Assembly: GCA_023473585.1 (NCBI GenBank)
Contig: JAMCYU010000005.1
Coordinates: 762-64,761, forward strand
Direction: 5' to 3'
Source: Patescibacteria group bacterium
GTDB taxonomy: Bacteria > Patescibacteriota > Microgenomatia > JAMCYU01
DNA: 64,000 nucleotides
The notes below the pieces were generated by a model, which saw only the letters and a program-made list of their open reading frames with translations, was not told where the DNA came from and ran no database searches. Positions 49,574-61,400 of the stretch are shown piece by piece (positions within the stretch are counted from its first letter, which is position 1; every line of letters begins with the position of its first letter). The position numbers were made by a program, and so were the translations under genes.

Positions 49574-50614
49574 GTGAAGAACAAATATCTTTGGCTTTTT
49601 ACGATCATTTTCCTTATTTCCCTTATTTCTGCTTTGACTTGTTTTCTCGCTCAAAAAAACCGTCCGATAGTCAGCCCCCTGTCATCAAGGCCAACTACTA
49701 ATCTTCTTTCTCTCAATCCTTTTTCCTCTCCGGTTCCCGAAGGGGAATACAATGTTTTGCTTTTGGGACAAGGAGATGTCGGTCATCCCGGCGGGAGTCT
49801 CACCGACTCGATGAATCTCCTTCATTTAAATACCGTTAAAAAAACGGTCGGGCTTATTTTTATCCCCCGCGATCTTTGGGCAAATTCAGCTGATAATTCA
49901 GACAAAATGAAAATTAATGAGGCTTATGCCAAAAGCGGTCTTAAAGGCGTTGAAAAGATCGTCAGTATGATTACGGGCTTGCCTGTTCGCTACGCTCTTA
50001 TTATTGACTTTAACGGCTTTACCCAAGTGGTTGATTTACTCGGCGGCCTCGATCTTCAGGTTCAAAAGACTTTTGATGATTATTTCTATCCTGTTAAAGG
50101 CAAAGAACTTGAGATTTGTGAAAAAACCCCGGAAGAAGTCGCCAGTCTTTCGGCCAAGCTTTCCGGTTTCGAACTGGAAAAACAATTTCCCTGCCGTTTT
50201 GAACATCTTCATTTTGACAAGGGACTTGTTCACGTTGACGGCCAAACCGCTCTTAAATTTAGCCGTTCGCGCCATTCGGCTCAAGACGGAACGGATTTTG
50301 CCAGAGGGAGAAGACAGCAGGTGATTTTAATCGGCATTAAAGATAAGCTTCTTTCTCTTGAGGCTTTAAAAAGCGTTGACAAATGGTTTGGCAAATTCAT
50401 TAAACTTTTAAAAACCGATCTGGATTTAGAAACCGCCAAAGCGGTGGCGGGTTTAATTATTGATCCAAACGAATATCAAATTAACCAGATTCTCCCTTCG
50501 GAAGAAAACGTTTTAAAAACAGGCAAAGGAACGGGTGGTCAATTTATTCTGATGCCCAAAGCGGGCGAGAATGATTGGAGTAAGTTTCAGGAGTTTATTA
50601 AAAAAGAATTATAG
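49574..50614 (+). CDS. LytR-CpsA-Psr (LCP) family protein
   Basis: NVLLLG, TDS, IPRD, KINEAY, RSRH...DFAR..RQQ. Confidence 0.93.
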   Translation: MKNKYLWLFTIIFLISLISALTCFLAQKNRPIVSPLSSRPTTNLLSLNPFSSPVPEGEYNVLLLGQGDVGHPGGSLTDSMNLLHLNTVKKTVGLIFIPRDLWANSADNSDKMKINEAYAKSGLKGVEKIVSMITGLPVRYALIIDFNGFTQVVDLLGGLDLQVQKTFDDYFYPVKGKELEICEKTPEEVASLSAKLSGFELEKQFPCRFEHLHFDKGLVHVDGQTALKFSRSRHSAQDGTDFARGRRQQVILIGIKDKLLSLEALKSVDKWFGKFIKLLKTDLDLETAKAVAGLIIDPNEYQINQILPSEENVLKTGKGTGGQFILMPKAGENDWSKFQEFIKKEL

Positions 50615-50632
50615 TTGTCAACCTATCACTTT

Positions 50633-50980
50633 TTAAAGTTCCGTGTATTTTTGGTGAGTGCCGCGGGATTTTTCAATGGGGTATTTTTCTTCGTTTTTTT
50701 TCTTTTTTCTCAAAAAAGCCTCATAAATATCAATTTCTAAATCGTGGCTCATTAAAAGCACCCACCATAAAACATCAGACAGCTCATCCGCAATGTGCTC
50801 CCGGTGGTTTTTTAAATATTGTTCGACTTCTTCTTCTGTCTTCCACTGAAAATGTTCTAAAACTTCAGCCGCCTCCAAAGCTAAAGAAATCGCCATATCC
50901 TTAGGTTTATGGAATTGTTGCCACTTCCTTTCATTTCTAAATTTGACAACTTCTTCGGTTAATTTTTTAATATCAGACAT
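50633..50980 (-). CDS. MazG-like nucleotide pyrophosphohydrolase
   Basis: W.QFH.PKD, EAAEVLE.FQW, DELSDV, NEEKYP. Confidence 0.92.
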   Translation of the reverse strand: MSDIKKLTEEVVKFRNERKWQQFHKPKDMAISLALEAAEVLEHFQWKTEEEVEQYLKNHREHIADELSDVLWWVLLMSHDLEIDIYEAFLRKKKKNEEKYPIEKSRGTHQKYTEL

Positions 50981-51032
50981 GGGTTTAGATATTAGTCTTT
51001 AGTCGTTGGCCTTTGGAAAAGACCGGGAGAAA

Positions 51033-51341
51033 TTACATTTTGATTTCGATATCCACCCCGGCCGGAAGATCAAGATGGGCTAATTGATCAATCGTTTTAT
51101 CGGTCGGCTCTAAAATATCAATCAGCCTCTTGTGCGTTCTGATCATAAAATCTTCACGACTGTCTTTGTCGGTAAAAGGAGACTTGTTAACGGAAAAATG
51201 CTGTTTGTCTGAAGGCAAGGGAATTGGCCCCACGACCTTAGCTCCGGTCCTGATGGCCGTATCTAAAATTTGCTGACAACAACCGTCGATTACCCGGCTG
51301 TCATAGGCTTTTAAACGTACTCTAATTCTGCCTTTAGGCAT
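51033..51341 (-). CDS. rpsJ: 30S ribosomal protein S10
   Basis: [23 protein letters not shown]. Confidence 0.98.
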   Translation of the reverse strand: MPKGRIRVRLKAYDSRVIDGCCQQILDTAIRTGAKVVGPIPLPSDKQHFSVNKSPFTDKDSREDFMIRTHKRLIDILEPTDKTIDQLAHLDLPAGVDIEIKM

Positions 51342-51373
51342 ACTAATTACAAATCTTTTGCTGGTATCTAGTT

Positions 51374-52567
51374 TTAGGCGATGATTTTCGAAACAGCTCC
51401 GGCACCCACAGTGTGACCGCCTTCGCGGATAGCAAAGCGTAAACCTTCTTCCAGAGCTACCGGGACGATTAATTTAACCGTCATCTTAATATTATCTCCC
51501 GGCATTACCATTTCGACCCCTTTAGGTAAAGTTGCTTCGCCAGTCACATCTGTCGTTCTAAGATAAAATTGAGGTCTGTAACCGGTAAAAAACGGGGTGT
51601 GTCGACCTCCCTCTTCTTTCGTTAAGACGTAAACTTCTGCCTCGAATTCAGTGTGGGGCGTAATGGAACCTGGTTTGGCTAAAACTTGACCGCGCTCCAC
51701 ATCGTCCTTTTCAATGCCTCGAAGAAGTAAGCCAATATTATCTCCGGCTTGGCCTTCATCAAGGACTTTCCGAAACATTTCGACGCCGGTAACGACTGTT
51801 TTTTTCGTGGGTCTTATCCCGACGATCTCAATTTCCTCATTAACCTTGACTTTCCCCCGATCGACCCGGCCGGTCACCACCGTGCCTCGACCTTTGATCG
51901 AGAAAACATCTTCAACGGCCATCATAAAGGGCTTATCTAAATCTCGAACCGGTGTCGGAATATTCTCATCAACGGCTTTCATGAGTTCCACAATCTGCTC
52001 TTCAGCTTTTGGATCTCCTTCAAGAGCCTTGGCCGCTGAACCACGGATAATGGGAACTTTATCTCCCGGAAACTGATATTTGGTCAAAAGTTCTCTAACT
52101 TCCATTTCGACCAAATCTAAAAGTTCGGGGTCAGAAACCATGTCACATTTATTCAAGAAAACGACAATCGCCGGAATATTAACCTGCCTGGCCAAAAGCA
52201 CATGTTCCCTGGTTTGCGGCATTGGTCCGTCTGGAGCCGAAACAACCAAAATCGCTCCGTCCATTTGCGCCGCGCCCGTGATCATGTTTTTAACATAGTC
52301 AGCATGACCCGGACAGTCAATATGGGCATAATGACGCTTTTCGGTTTCATACTCAACATGAGAAATCGCAATCGTCAAGCCCCTGGCTTTTTCTTCCGGA
52401 GCGTTATCAATTTCGTCGTATTTTAAAGCTTTAGAAAAACCTTTCTTCGCCAAAACTTGGGTAATCGCGGCGGTTAAAGTTGTTTTTCCATGGTCAACAT
52501 GACCAATCGTTCCGATGTTAAGATGAGGCTTTGTGCGCTCATACTTTTTCTTTGATTCTTCTGGCAT
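51374..52567 (-). CDS. tuf: elongation factor Tu
   Basis: [29 protein letters not shown]; ATG 52567 with SD AAGGAG. Confidence 0.99.
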   Translation of the reverse strand: MPEESKKKYERTKPHLNIGTIGHVDHGKTTLTAAITQVLAKKGFSKALKYDEIDNAPEEKARGLTIAISHVEYETEKRHYAHIDCPGHADYVKNMITGAAQMDGAILVVSAPDGPMPQTREHVLLARQVNIPAIVVFLNKCDMVSDPELLDLVEMEVRELLTKYQFPGDKVPIIRGSAAKALEGDPKAEEQIVELMKAVDENIPTPVRDLDKPFMMAVEDVFSIKGRGTVVTGRVDRGKVKVNEEIEIVGIRPTKKTVVTGVEMFRKVLDEGQAGDNIGLLLRGIEKDDVERGQVLAKPGSITPHTEFEAEVYVLTKEEGGRHTPFFTGYRPQFYLRTTDVTGEATLPKGVEMVMPGDNIKMTVKLIVPVALEEGLRFAIREGGHTVGAGAVSKIIA

Positions 52568-52634
52568 AAAAAACTCCTTTTCTTTGCCCTCCAAAGCTTA
52601 ACACAAAGGGGGTTGACTTATATTATTTTAAAGT

Positions 52635-52807
52635 TTCGCTCATTATATCGAAAACAAGCAAAGCTTTTGCTTCGCAATAAATGAGCGAATATCTTTCTTC
52701 GATTAATTCGTGTCGCTCATTATATCGAAGATAAATGAGTGCTGCAATAGGGAAATCTCCGATTTAATGGCAGGACTCATTATACCAAAACTAACTCTGC
52801 TTAGCAA
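52635..52807 (-). promoter_or_regulatory. tandem promoters and repeats upstream of tuf
   Basis: TTGCTA-17-TATAAT (52779-52807), TTGCAG-17-TATAAT (52719-52747), third TATAAT (52642-52647); 17-bp direct repeat. Confidence 0.6.
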
Positions 52808-54932
52808 TAATCTTCTCTTGGATATTTTTCGGCACTTCTTCGTAATGGGACGGTTCCATATAATAATTAGCCCTTCCCTGGCTCATGCTCCGTAAAGTCG
52901 TGGCGTAGCCGGCTAATTCCGCTAAAGGCATAAGACAAGTAATAATTCTAACCGGTCCCCGTGATTCGGTCCCCAAGATCTGTCCCCGTTTTGAGGAAAC
53001 ATCGCCGATAATATCTCCCATAAATTCCTCAGGCGTGGTAATTTCCACCTTCATAATGGGTTCCAGCATGGTCGGACTGGCTTGTTTCACCGCCGATTGT
53101 AAGGCCATGGAACCGGCAATTTTAAAGGCAACTTCGGAAGAATCAACTTCATGATAGGTTCCATCGTAAAGAGTCACTTTCATATCAACCAAAGGATAAC
53201 CGGCAATAACCCCATTATCCATGGCTTCTTTAACCCCTTTTTGAACCGCCGGAATAAATTCGTTAGGAATCGCTCCGCCTTTAATCGCATTCACAAATTC
53301 GTAACCTTCACCTCTGGCCTTGGGTTCAATCTTGAGATAACAGTGACCGTATTGGCCACGGCCACCTGACTGACGGATATATTTCCCTTCAGCCTGAGCC
53401 GGCGCCTTAACGGTTTCCTTATAAGCAACTTGCGGCGCGCCGACATTGGCTCCAACTTTAAATTCCCGAAGCATTCGGTCAACTAAAATCTCTAAATGGA
53501 GTTCACCCATGCCCCAAATCGTTGTCTGTCCGGTTTCAAAATTACTTTTAATTTTAAAAGTCGGATCTTCTTCGGCCAATCTTTGCAGGGCATAGCCCAT
53601 TTTTTCCTGATCGGATTTGGTTTTGGGTTCGATCGCCAAAGAAATCACAGGTTCGGGAAAAGTAATTTTTTCTAAAACAATCGGGTGAGTAACGTCACAT
53701 AAAGTGTCGCCGGTCGTGGTGTCTTTTAAACCCACGACGGCCACAATTTCTCCGGCGTAGGCTTCAGCAATTTCTTCCCGATGGTCAGCGTGCATTAAAA
53801 GCAAGCGGCCGACTCTTTCTTGACTGTCTTTTGAAGAATTCTGAATATAAGAACCGGATTTAATGGTCCCCGAATAAATCCTCGTGTAGGTTAATTTACC
53901 CACGTGCGGATCAACTTGAATTTTAAAGGCCAAAGCGGCCAAGGCAGCATTTTTGTCAGCTGGCCGTTTTTCCGAAGCTTCGGTTTGGGGATTAAAACCA
54001 GTCACCTCCGGCAAATCTAAAGGTGAAGGCAAATAATCAACCACCGCATCCAAAAGCGGCTGAACTCCTTTGTTTCTTAAAGACGAACCGCAATAAATAG
54101 GCACTAATTTATAAGCAATCGTGGCTCTGCGCAAGGCTTGTTTTAATTCTGCCAAGGTCGGTTCTTGCCCGTTTAAATATTTTTCCAAGAGGAAATCATC
54201 GGTTTCACAGATTTTTTCAATTAATTCGTGTCGGCTTTTGATGACTTCTTCTTTTAAATCCCCAGGAATTTCCGAGGAAACATCATATTTGGCTCCCAGT
54301 TCATCAGACCCCCAAACATATGTTTGTTGAGTTAAAAGATCAATCATGCCCTTAAAGGTTTGCTCTCTGCCTATGGGTAAAGCCATAATGGCTGTCTTAA
54401 CACCCAGGCGGTCTTCAATCATTTTAATTGTCCGTCGATAGTCAGCTCCGACTTTATCCATTTTATTAACAAAACAAACACGGGGAACCTTATACTTATC
54501 AGCCTGATGCCAGACTGTTTCTGACTGACTTTGAACGCCTTCTTCGGCATCTAAGACCACCACCCCGCCATCCAAAACCCGTAAAGATCTTTCAACCTCG
54601 GCGGTAAAGTCAACATGACCGGGAGTGTCAATAATATTGATTCTGTATTGGTTCTCCGGGCTTTCCGCTTTCTCTAAGGGTGGCCAAAAAGCCGTCGTCG
54701 CCGCCGAAGTGATGGTAATCCCTCTTTCCTTCTCTTGCACCATCCAATCCATAACCGTTGTTCCCTCATCAATATCACCGATCTTGTAAGTTCGACCGGT
54801 ATAAAAAAGAATCCGCTCGGTTGTCGTCGTTTTCCCGGCATCAATATGGGCAATAATACCGATATTACGAACCTTATCTAAGGGTAAGATTCTTTTTTTG
54901 GTGATAACTAGTCCTGGTGTTTGTTGCGCCAT
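52791..54932 (-). CDS. fusA: elongation factor G
   Basis: [39 protein letters not shown]; own TTGAAT-17-TACAAT promoter at 55001-55029. Confidence 0.99.
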   Translation of the reverse strand: MAQQTPGLVITKKRILPLDKVRNIGIIAHIDAGKTTTTERILFYTGRTYKIGDIDEGTTVMDWMVQEKERGITITSAATTAFWPPLEKAESPENQYRINIIDTPGHVDFTAEVERSLRVLDGGVVVLDAEEGVQSQSETVWHQADKYKVPRVCFVNKMDKVGADYRRTIKMIEDRLGVKTAIMALPIGREQTFKGMIDLLTQQTYVWGSDELGAKYDVSSEIPGDLKEEVIKSRHELIEKICETDDFLLEKYLNGQEPTLAELKQALRRATIAYKLVPIYCGSSLRNKGVQPLLDAVVDYLPSPLDLPEVTGFNPQTEASEKRPADKNAALAALAFKIQVDPHVGKLTYTRIYSGTIKSGSYIQNSSKDSQERVGRLLLMHADHREEIAEAYAGEIVAVVGLKDTTTGDTLCDVTHPIVLEKITFPEPVISLAIEPKTKSDQEKMGYALQRLAEEDPTFKIKSNFETGQTTIWGMGELHLEILVDRMLREFKVGANVGAPQVAYKETVKAPAQAEGKYIRQSGGRGQYGHCYLKIEPKARGEGYEFVNAIKGGAIPNEFIPAVQKGVKEAMDNGVIAGYPLVDMKVTLYDGTYHEVDSSEVAFKIAGSMALQSAVKQASPTMLEPIMKVEITTPEEFMGDIIGDVSSKRGQILGTESRGPVRIITCLMPLAELAGYATTLRSMSQGRANYYMEPSHYEEVPKNIQEKIIAKQS

Positions 54933-55032
54933 TTTCCTCCAACATCTAAAAAACTGTCCGCCTTGGGCGCGACAGCTTAGCTTCAATCACAATTGGTCTT
55001 ATTGTAACAAAGTCTGAAGGCAAATTCAAGAG

Positions 55033-57459
55033 TTATTTAGCTTTTCGTGTGGTCATAAGTTTAATCATTTCAATAAGGAAAGTAACCATTAAAACGGCAG
55101 CAAAAATCAAGAACCACTCAAAAAGGCGCAAAGGCATCGTTCCCAAAAGACGATTGAAAACCGGAAAGTAGATAGCGGCAAAAATAAGAATCAATCCATA
55201 GGCCAAACCAAGAAAAAGAAGTTTGTTGGCAAAAAAGTTTTCGGTTTGAAAAATAATCTTTTTGCTGTTTTTAAAGGCAAAGATATAAACAATATCAACC
55301 AGCGAAAGAGTGGTAAAAGCCATGGTTCTGGCCAAAACTAAATCTTTTTGGCTCTTCAGATAAAAATAAAAAAGAAACAAAGCAGCCAGGCCAGCGCTAA
55401 GACTGACGGCTAATATAAGAAATTTCATCGTTTGAGAGAGAATATTTTCTCTTCGTAACATCCTTGGACTTTCCTGCATTAAACCATTTTCCTTGGGTTC
55501 AAAACTCAAAAGAATATCCGGTGGCCCATCGCAGATAAGATGAATCCATAAAATCTGCACGACGGTTAAAGGTGTTGGTAAATTACTAATGATCGCCCCG
55601 AAAATCAAGATAATTTCCGCAAAAGAATTGGAAAGCGCATAACCAATTACTTTCTTGAGATTACTGAAAATTAATCTCCCCTCTTCACAGGCAACGACGA
55701 TGGTTTTGAAATTATTATCCAAAAGAATAAGATCACCGGCCTCCTTAGCGACATCAGAGCCGCTCCCGACGACCACCCCAATATCGGCTTTTTTCAAAGC
55801 CGGAGCATCATTCACACCGTCGCCCGTCATGGCCACAATCTCTCCTTTCTCCTGCAGGGCTTTAATAATTTTTAATTTCTGGTGTGGCGTGGTGCGGGTG
55901 AAAAGAACAATTTCGTTAATTCGCTCTTTTAAGTTTTCGTCAGAAATCGTTTCCAGTTCACTCCCTTCCATAATTTGTCTGTCAGTGAAATTTAAACCTA
56001 AATTGTTGGCTATTCTTACGGCGGTGATTTGATAATCACCCGTAACAATTTTAATTTTAATCCCAGCTTGTCGGGCCGTTTCGATGGCTTCTTTGACCCC
56101 TTCTCTAAGAGGATCTTCGATACCCACTAAACCAGGCCAGGAGAAATCTTTGGTTTCCTTAAGGTTCTCTTTTTCTTTATAAGCCAAACCAATAATTTTA
56201 AGTCCTCGGCTAGCCCATTCCTTAATCAAAAAGACGATTCTCTTTTTTTCCTCTTCAGAAACTTCGCAAAAGCCCAAAACGATTTCGGCACCGCCAACAA
56301 TAAAGGCCGTATCTTTGTCTTTGATTTTATTGATCGATAAAGAATATTTTTTTCGCTGTCAAAAGGCTCTTCATAAATTTTCGTCATGGAGTCGGTAATT
56401 TCTTTAGGGATTAAATGTTTCTGACTAAAAACATGGTCCCAAAAGGCCACCTCGATATTGGTCCTTTGCTGATTGGCCGACATTAAAGCTAGCAATCCTT
56501 TTATTTGGTCAACAAAATCAACCTCGATAACTTTCATTTTTCCTTCGGTTAAGGTCCCTGTTTTATCCGTACAAATAACCGAAGTTGAACCAAGGGTTTC
56601 AACCGACAAGAGTTTTTTAACCAACCCGTTTCTTTTCAAAACCCGTCTCATCCCTAAAACCAAAATAACCGTGATCGCCCATGGGGATACCTTCGGGAAT
56701 CGCGGCCAAAGAAAGGACGATTGAGGTTTTCAGCATCTGCCAAAAATCTTGTCCCGACAAAAGACCAATCAAGAAAATGGCCAAACAAACAACAAAGACA
56801 AATTTAGCTAAAGACCTTATAAATATTTTTAGCTTAATTTGTAATGGGGTTGGCTCTTCTTCAATTTCGGCTAAGCTTTGACCGATTTTTCCAACCTGGG
56901 TTTCTTGACCGATGACAGAAACTCGCATAATGCCTTGACCAAAAATAATGATCGTCCCCATAAAAAGATCGTTCTCTTTCTCCTTAGTAGATTTACTTAC
57001 GGCTTCTTCTTCACCGGTTAAAATCGCCTCATTAACCAGTAAATTACCTCCTTCGATTAATTTACCGTCGGCCGGAACCTTATCACCGGCTCCCAAAATA
57101 ACTAAATCACCAGGAACCAAACTTTTGGCTTCAATTCTTTTTCGTAAACCACCCCTCATAACGACGACTATCGGTTTTAAGATTTGCCTAAGGGTTAGTA
57201 GTGTTTTTTGAGCGTTATATTCCTGGAAGAAACTCATTAATACATTTAAGAAAGCGACGGCTAAAATTAAAATCACGTCAAAAAATTCACCAAAAATGGC
57301 GGAAAAAAAGCCGATTAAAAAAAGGATAGCGATTAAGGGGCTTTTAAATTGTCTTAATAAAATAATTAAAGGAGGGGTTCCTTCTTCCAAAGGCAAGCTG
57401 TTCTCTCCATATTTTTCCTGTAAAGAACGTGTTTCTTCTTCAGCCAAACCGGTAAGCAT
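55033..57459 (-). pseudogene. cation-transporting P-type ATPase split by two frameshifts
   Basis: TGE and IPEG (ORF 56617-57459), DKTGTLT (56226-56663), TGD and GDGVNDAPALK (55033-56277) in different ORFs. Confidence 0.85.
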
Positions 57460-57510
57460 GCTTTAAGTGTAACAAAAAAATGAATTTGAAGAAACAAAAA
57501 GAAAGTGAAC

Positions 57511-57984
57511 TTACCACCTAAAATGCGCGAAGGCTTTATTGGCTTCGGCCATTTTTTGCATCTGGTCTCTTTTTTTGGCCGCTTCGCCCAAACCCGAAGA
57601 GGCATCTAAAATTTCGGCGGCTAATTTTTGGTCAAAACTTTTATACTCTTTGCTGGGGCGGTTTTGCGCCGCACCGATAATCCAACGAATAGCCAACGAG
57701 ATTTTACGGTCACCCCTGACTTCGCTGGGCACCTGATATGAAGCACCACCGACTCGTCTTGGCCGAACTTCCATTCTGGGAGAAATCATGTTAACGGCCC
57801 GCTCCAAAGTTGGCAGCGGATCCTGACCTTTTTCTTTAATATTTTTCAAAGCCTCATAAAGCAGTTTTTGCGCCACAGCCTTTTTACCCGCCTTCATTAC
57901 TTTATTAATAAAACGGGTCACTAAAACTGATCCGTAAATCGGATCGGCTTCAATTTTTCGCTTTTTGGCTGGACCACTTCTCAT
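57511..57984 (-). CDS. rpsG: 30S ribosomal protein S7
   Basis: RRVGGASYQVP, MAEANKAFAHFRW. Confidence 0.98.
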   Translation of the reverse strand: MRSGPAKKRKIEADPIYGSVLVTRFINKVMKAGKKAVAQKLLYEALKNIKEKGQDPLPTLERAVNMISPRMEVRPRRVGGASYQVPSEVRGDRKISLAIRWIIGAAQNRPSKEYKSFDQKLAAEILDASSGLGEAAKKRDQMQKMAEANKAFAHFRW

Positions 57985-57989
57985 ATGTT

Positions 57990-58460
57990 TTAAGCCACCG
58001 GTGCCGCTTCCGTAGCCACGGGCGCCGCTTCTTTCTTCGGACTAACACCTAACCCTTTAGCTTTAGTTCCGTATCTTGACCTTCCTTGTCTCCGGCCCAC
58101 AACACCACTGGTATCAAATTTCCCCCTGACAATATGATATTTTACTCCCGGCAAGTCCTTAACCCGCCCGCCTCTTATTAAAACAATCGAATGTTCTGCC
58201 AGTTCATGACCGATACCGGGAATATAAGCGGTCACTTCTTGTTTGTTGGAAAGTCTTACCCTGGCGACTTTTCTTAAAGCCGAATTAGGCTTTTTGGGCG
58301 TCATGGTTTTAACGATCGTGCAAACACCTCGTTTAAGAGGCGCGGGCAAATTCTTGATTTGTCTTTTCTGCGGATTAAAGATTTTCCGCAAGGCGGTAGC
58401 CTTAACTTTGCTTAGTTTTTTCGTTCTTCCTTTTCTGACTAATTGCGAAATTGTTGGCAT
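57990..58460 (-). CDS. rpsL: 30S ribosomal protein S12
   Basis: [20 protein letters not shown]; Ala/Pro-rich C-terminal extension. Confidence 0.98.
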   Translation of the reverse strand: MPTISQLVRKGRTKKLSKVKATALRKIFNPQKRQIKNLPAPLKRGVCTIVKTMTPKKPNSALRKVARVRLSNKQEVTAYIPGIGHELAEHSIVLIRGGRVKDLPGVKYHIVRGKFDTSGVVGRRQGRSRYGTKAKGLGVSPKKEAAPVATEAAPVA

Positions 58461-58469
58461 CTTATTTTA

Positions 58470-61400
58470 TCATTCCTCAATTTTTACTCTGTCGGCACTG
58501 GTTGGAATCAGGCGACCGATTATAACATTTTCCTTAAGGCCTATCAATTTATCTTCTTTACCTAAAATCGCTGCTTCCGTCAAAACATTGGTCGTTTCCT
58601 GGAAAGACGCGGCCGACAACCACGACTCGGTATAAAGTGAAGCTCTGGTTACGCCCAAAATAACGATTTGGGCGGTGGCTGGTTCTCCGCCTTCGGCCAA
58701 AATTTTCGCGTTTTCTTCTTCAAAACGAATCTTGTCAACTAATTCTCCCGGTAAAAGAATCGTATCCCCAGCCGTATCAATCCTCACCTTATCGCTCATT
58801 TTTCGAACAATGACTTCAAAATGTTTGTCATTGATAGGAATCCCCTGTGATTCATAAACCGTCTGGATTTCTTCAATTAAATATTTTTGGGCACCCCGAA
58901 GGCCTCTTACCTGTAAAACTTCTTTAATATCTAAAAACCCAAGGGCTAATTGTTCACCCACAAAAACCTCCTCCCCGTCTTTAACCTTAACCTCCGAAGT
59001 TAAAGCAATCAGATATTCCCGTTCTTCAACGGGCTTGCCTTTACTGCGAATTCTAATTTTATAACCATCGGCGGTTTCCGCCACTTCCACTTTGCCGGCG
59101 ATTTCGCTAATCGGCGATAAAGCCTTCGGCGTTCTGACTTCAAAAAGTTCTTCAACTCTAGGTAAACCTTGCGTGACGTCCAAACCAACAATACCTCCGG
59201 TATGCTTCACTCGCATGGTTAATTGCGTTCCCGGTTCGCCGATTGACTGGGCGGCTAAAATTCCGACAGGCGTTCCCAACTCAACTCTTTTTCTGGTGCT
59301 AAAATCCCTGCCGTAACAGGCGGCACATAAACCGTATTTCGCTTGGCAGGTTAAAGGGGACCTGACGATAACTTTATCAATCTGGTGTTGTTCCAAAAGA
59401 CCAACATTTTCCTCGTTGATTTCTTCCTGTTTCTCCAAAAGAACTTTTTTGGTTTTGGGATCAACAACTTTTTCTATCAAAACTCGCCCTAAAACACGTT
59501 GCGCAAATGAACCTTGTCTTTTTTCGTTCCTTAAAATTTCCGTGCCTTCCTTGGTCCCGCAATCTTCGATTCTAATAATGGCATCATGCGAAACATCAAC
59601 TAAACGCCTCGTTAGATAACCGGCGTCGGCCGTTTTTAAGGCGGAATCAGTTAAACCCTTGCGAGAACCCCTGGTGCTGGTAACGTATTCAAAAATTGAT
59701 AAGCCTTCTCTAAAATTTGACTTCGTCGGCAATTCCACAATTTTACCCAAAGGATCAACGACTAATCCTCTCATTGCCGCTAACTGCTTTAATTGATCTT
59801 TTGAAGCCCTGGCTCCTCCTGACTCAATAATGATTTTAACCGGATTGTCTTTATCAAGGGAAGCCCAGGTCTTATCGGCAATTTCCTCAGTCACGCCAAG
59901 CCAGATATCATTAGAAAGTCTTCTTTTTTCTTCGTTGGTGATTAAACCTTCATGAAAATTATTTTCTACTTCGGTAACTTTTTCTTCGGCTTGATTAATT
60001 AAAACCCTCTTTTCCGGAATAATCTTATTGTCAAAAACAGAAACGGAAATGCCTCCGGAAAGAGTTGCCGCCCAAAAACCTAAATCCTTAAAAGAATCAA
60101 TTAAACCGGCAACTTTTTCCGCCGGGAAAAGTTGCAGTGACTTGGTGATTAGACCCTTTAGGGTTGCCGATCTTACCTGATCATTAAAGAAACGTAGTTC
60201 TCCCGGTAAAATCTCATTTAATAAAACTCGGCCAACAGACGTTTTGATAATCTGACCATTAATTTTGACCTTGATCGCCTGACGTAAATTAAGATGTCCG
60301 GCTTGATAAGCAAAGATGGCAGCCGATTCATCACTGAAAATCTGCAACTTTTCTTCGGGTAAATCCTCATTTTCGATCGTCGTTAGCCAATAGCAGCCGA
60401 GAACCATTTCTTTATTGGGCAAGGTAATGGGTGAACCATCCGCTGGCTTTAAAAGATTATGTACCGGCAGCATTAAATCTTTGGCTTCTTGACAGGCAGA
60501 TTCTGTAATCGGAACATGAACGGCCATTTGGTCTCCGTCAAAATCGGCATTATAACCAGCACAAACACAAGGATGAATTCTGATGGCTGAACCTTCGATT
60601 AAAACAGGATAAAAGGCTTGAATACCTAATTTATGTAAAGTCGGGGCTCGATTGAGAAGAACCGGATGATCGTGCGTAATCTCTTCAAGAATATCAAAAA
60701 CTTCCGGTAATCTTCGCTCTAGAATATTTTTTCCGCTCTTGACATTAGGTGCCAATCCTCTGGTTATCAGTTCTCTTAAAACAAAGGGTTTGAACATCTC
60801 AAGAGCCATTTCTTTAGGCAATCCGCATTGGCTCAACGAAAGTTCCGGACCAACCACAATTACCGATCTCCCGGAATAATCAACTCTTTTGCCTAAAAGA
60901 TTTTGGCGGAATCGTCCCTGTTTGCCACGCAACATATCGGAAAGAGAACGCAGGACCTGAACTACCGGACGAGCGCTCGGCCTTTGCGTCGCGTCAATAA
61001 GGGAATCAACGGCCTCCTGTAACATTCTTTTTTCATTACGCAGAATGATTTCCGGTGCTCCCAAATCCATTAAATGTCTTAAGCGATTATTGCGATTAAT
61101 CACCCGGCGATAAAGATCGTTAAGATCAGAGGTGGCAAATCTACCACCCGACAATTGAACCATGGGCCGTAAATCAGGAGGTAAAACCGGTAAAATCGAC
61201 AAAATCATATAAGCCGGTGAAAGCCCCGCCTTGCGAAAACCATCAACAACGCGCAGTCTCTTTGTGGCTTTGATATGTCTTTGCCCGGTTGTTTTTTGAA
61301 TCTCTGTTCTTAAATCAGCGGCTAATTTATCTGAATCAATTCTTTTAATAATCTCCGTCAGGGCCTCGGCTCCCATACCGACCTTGAAAAAAGAAGAGAC

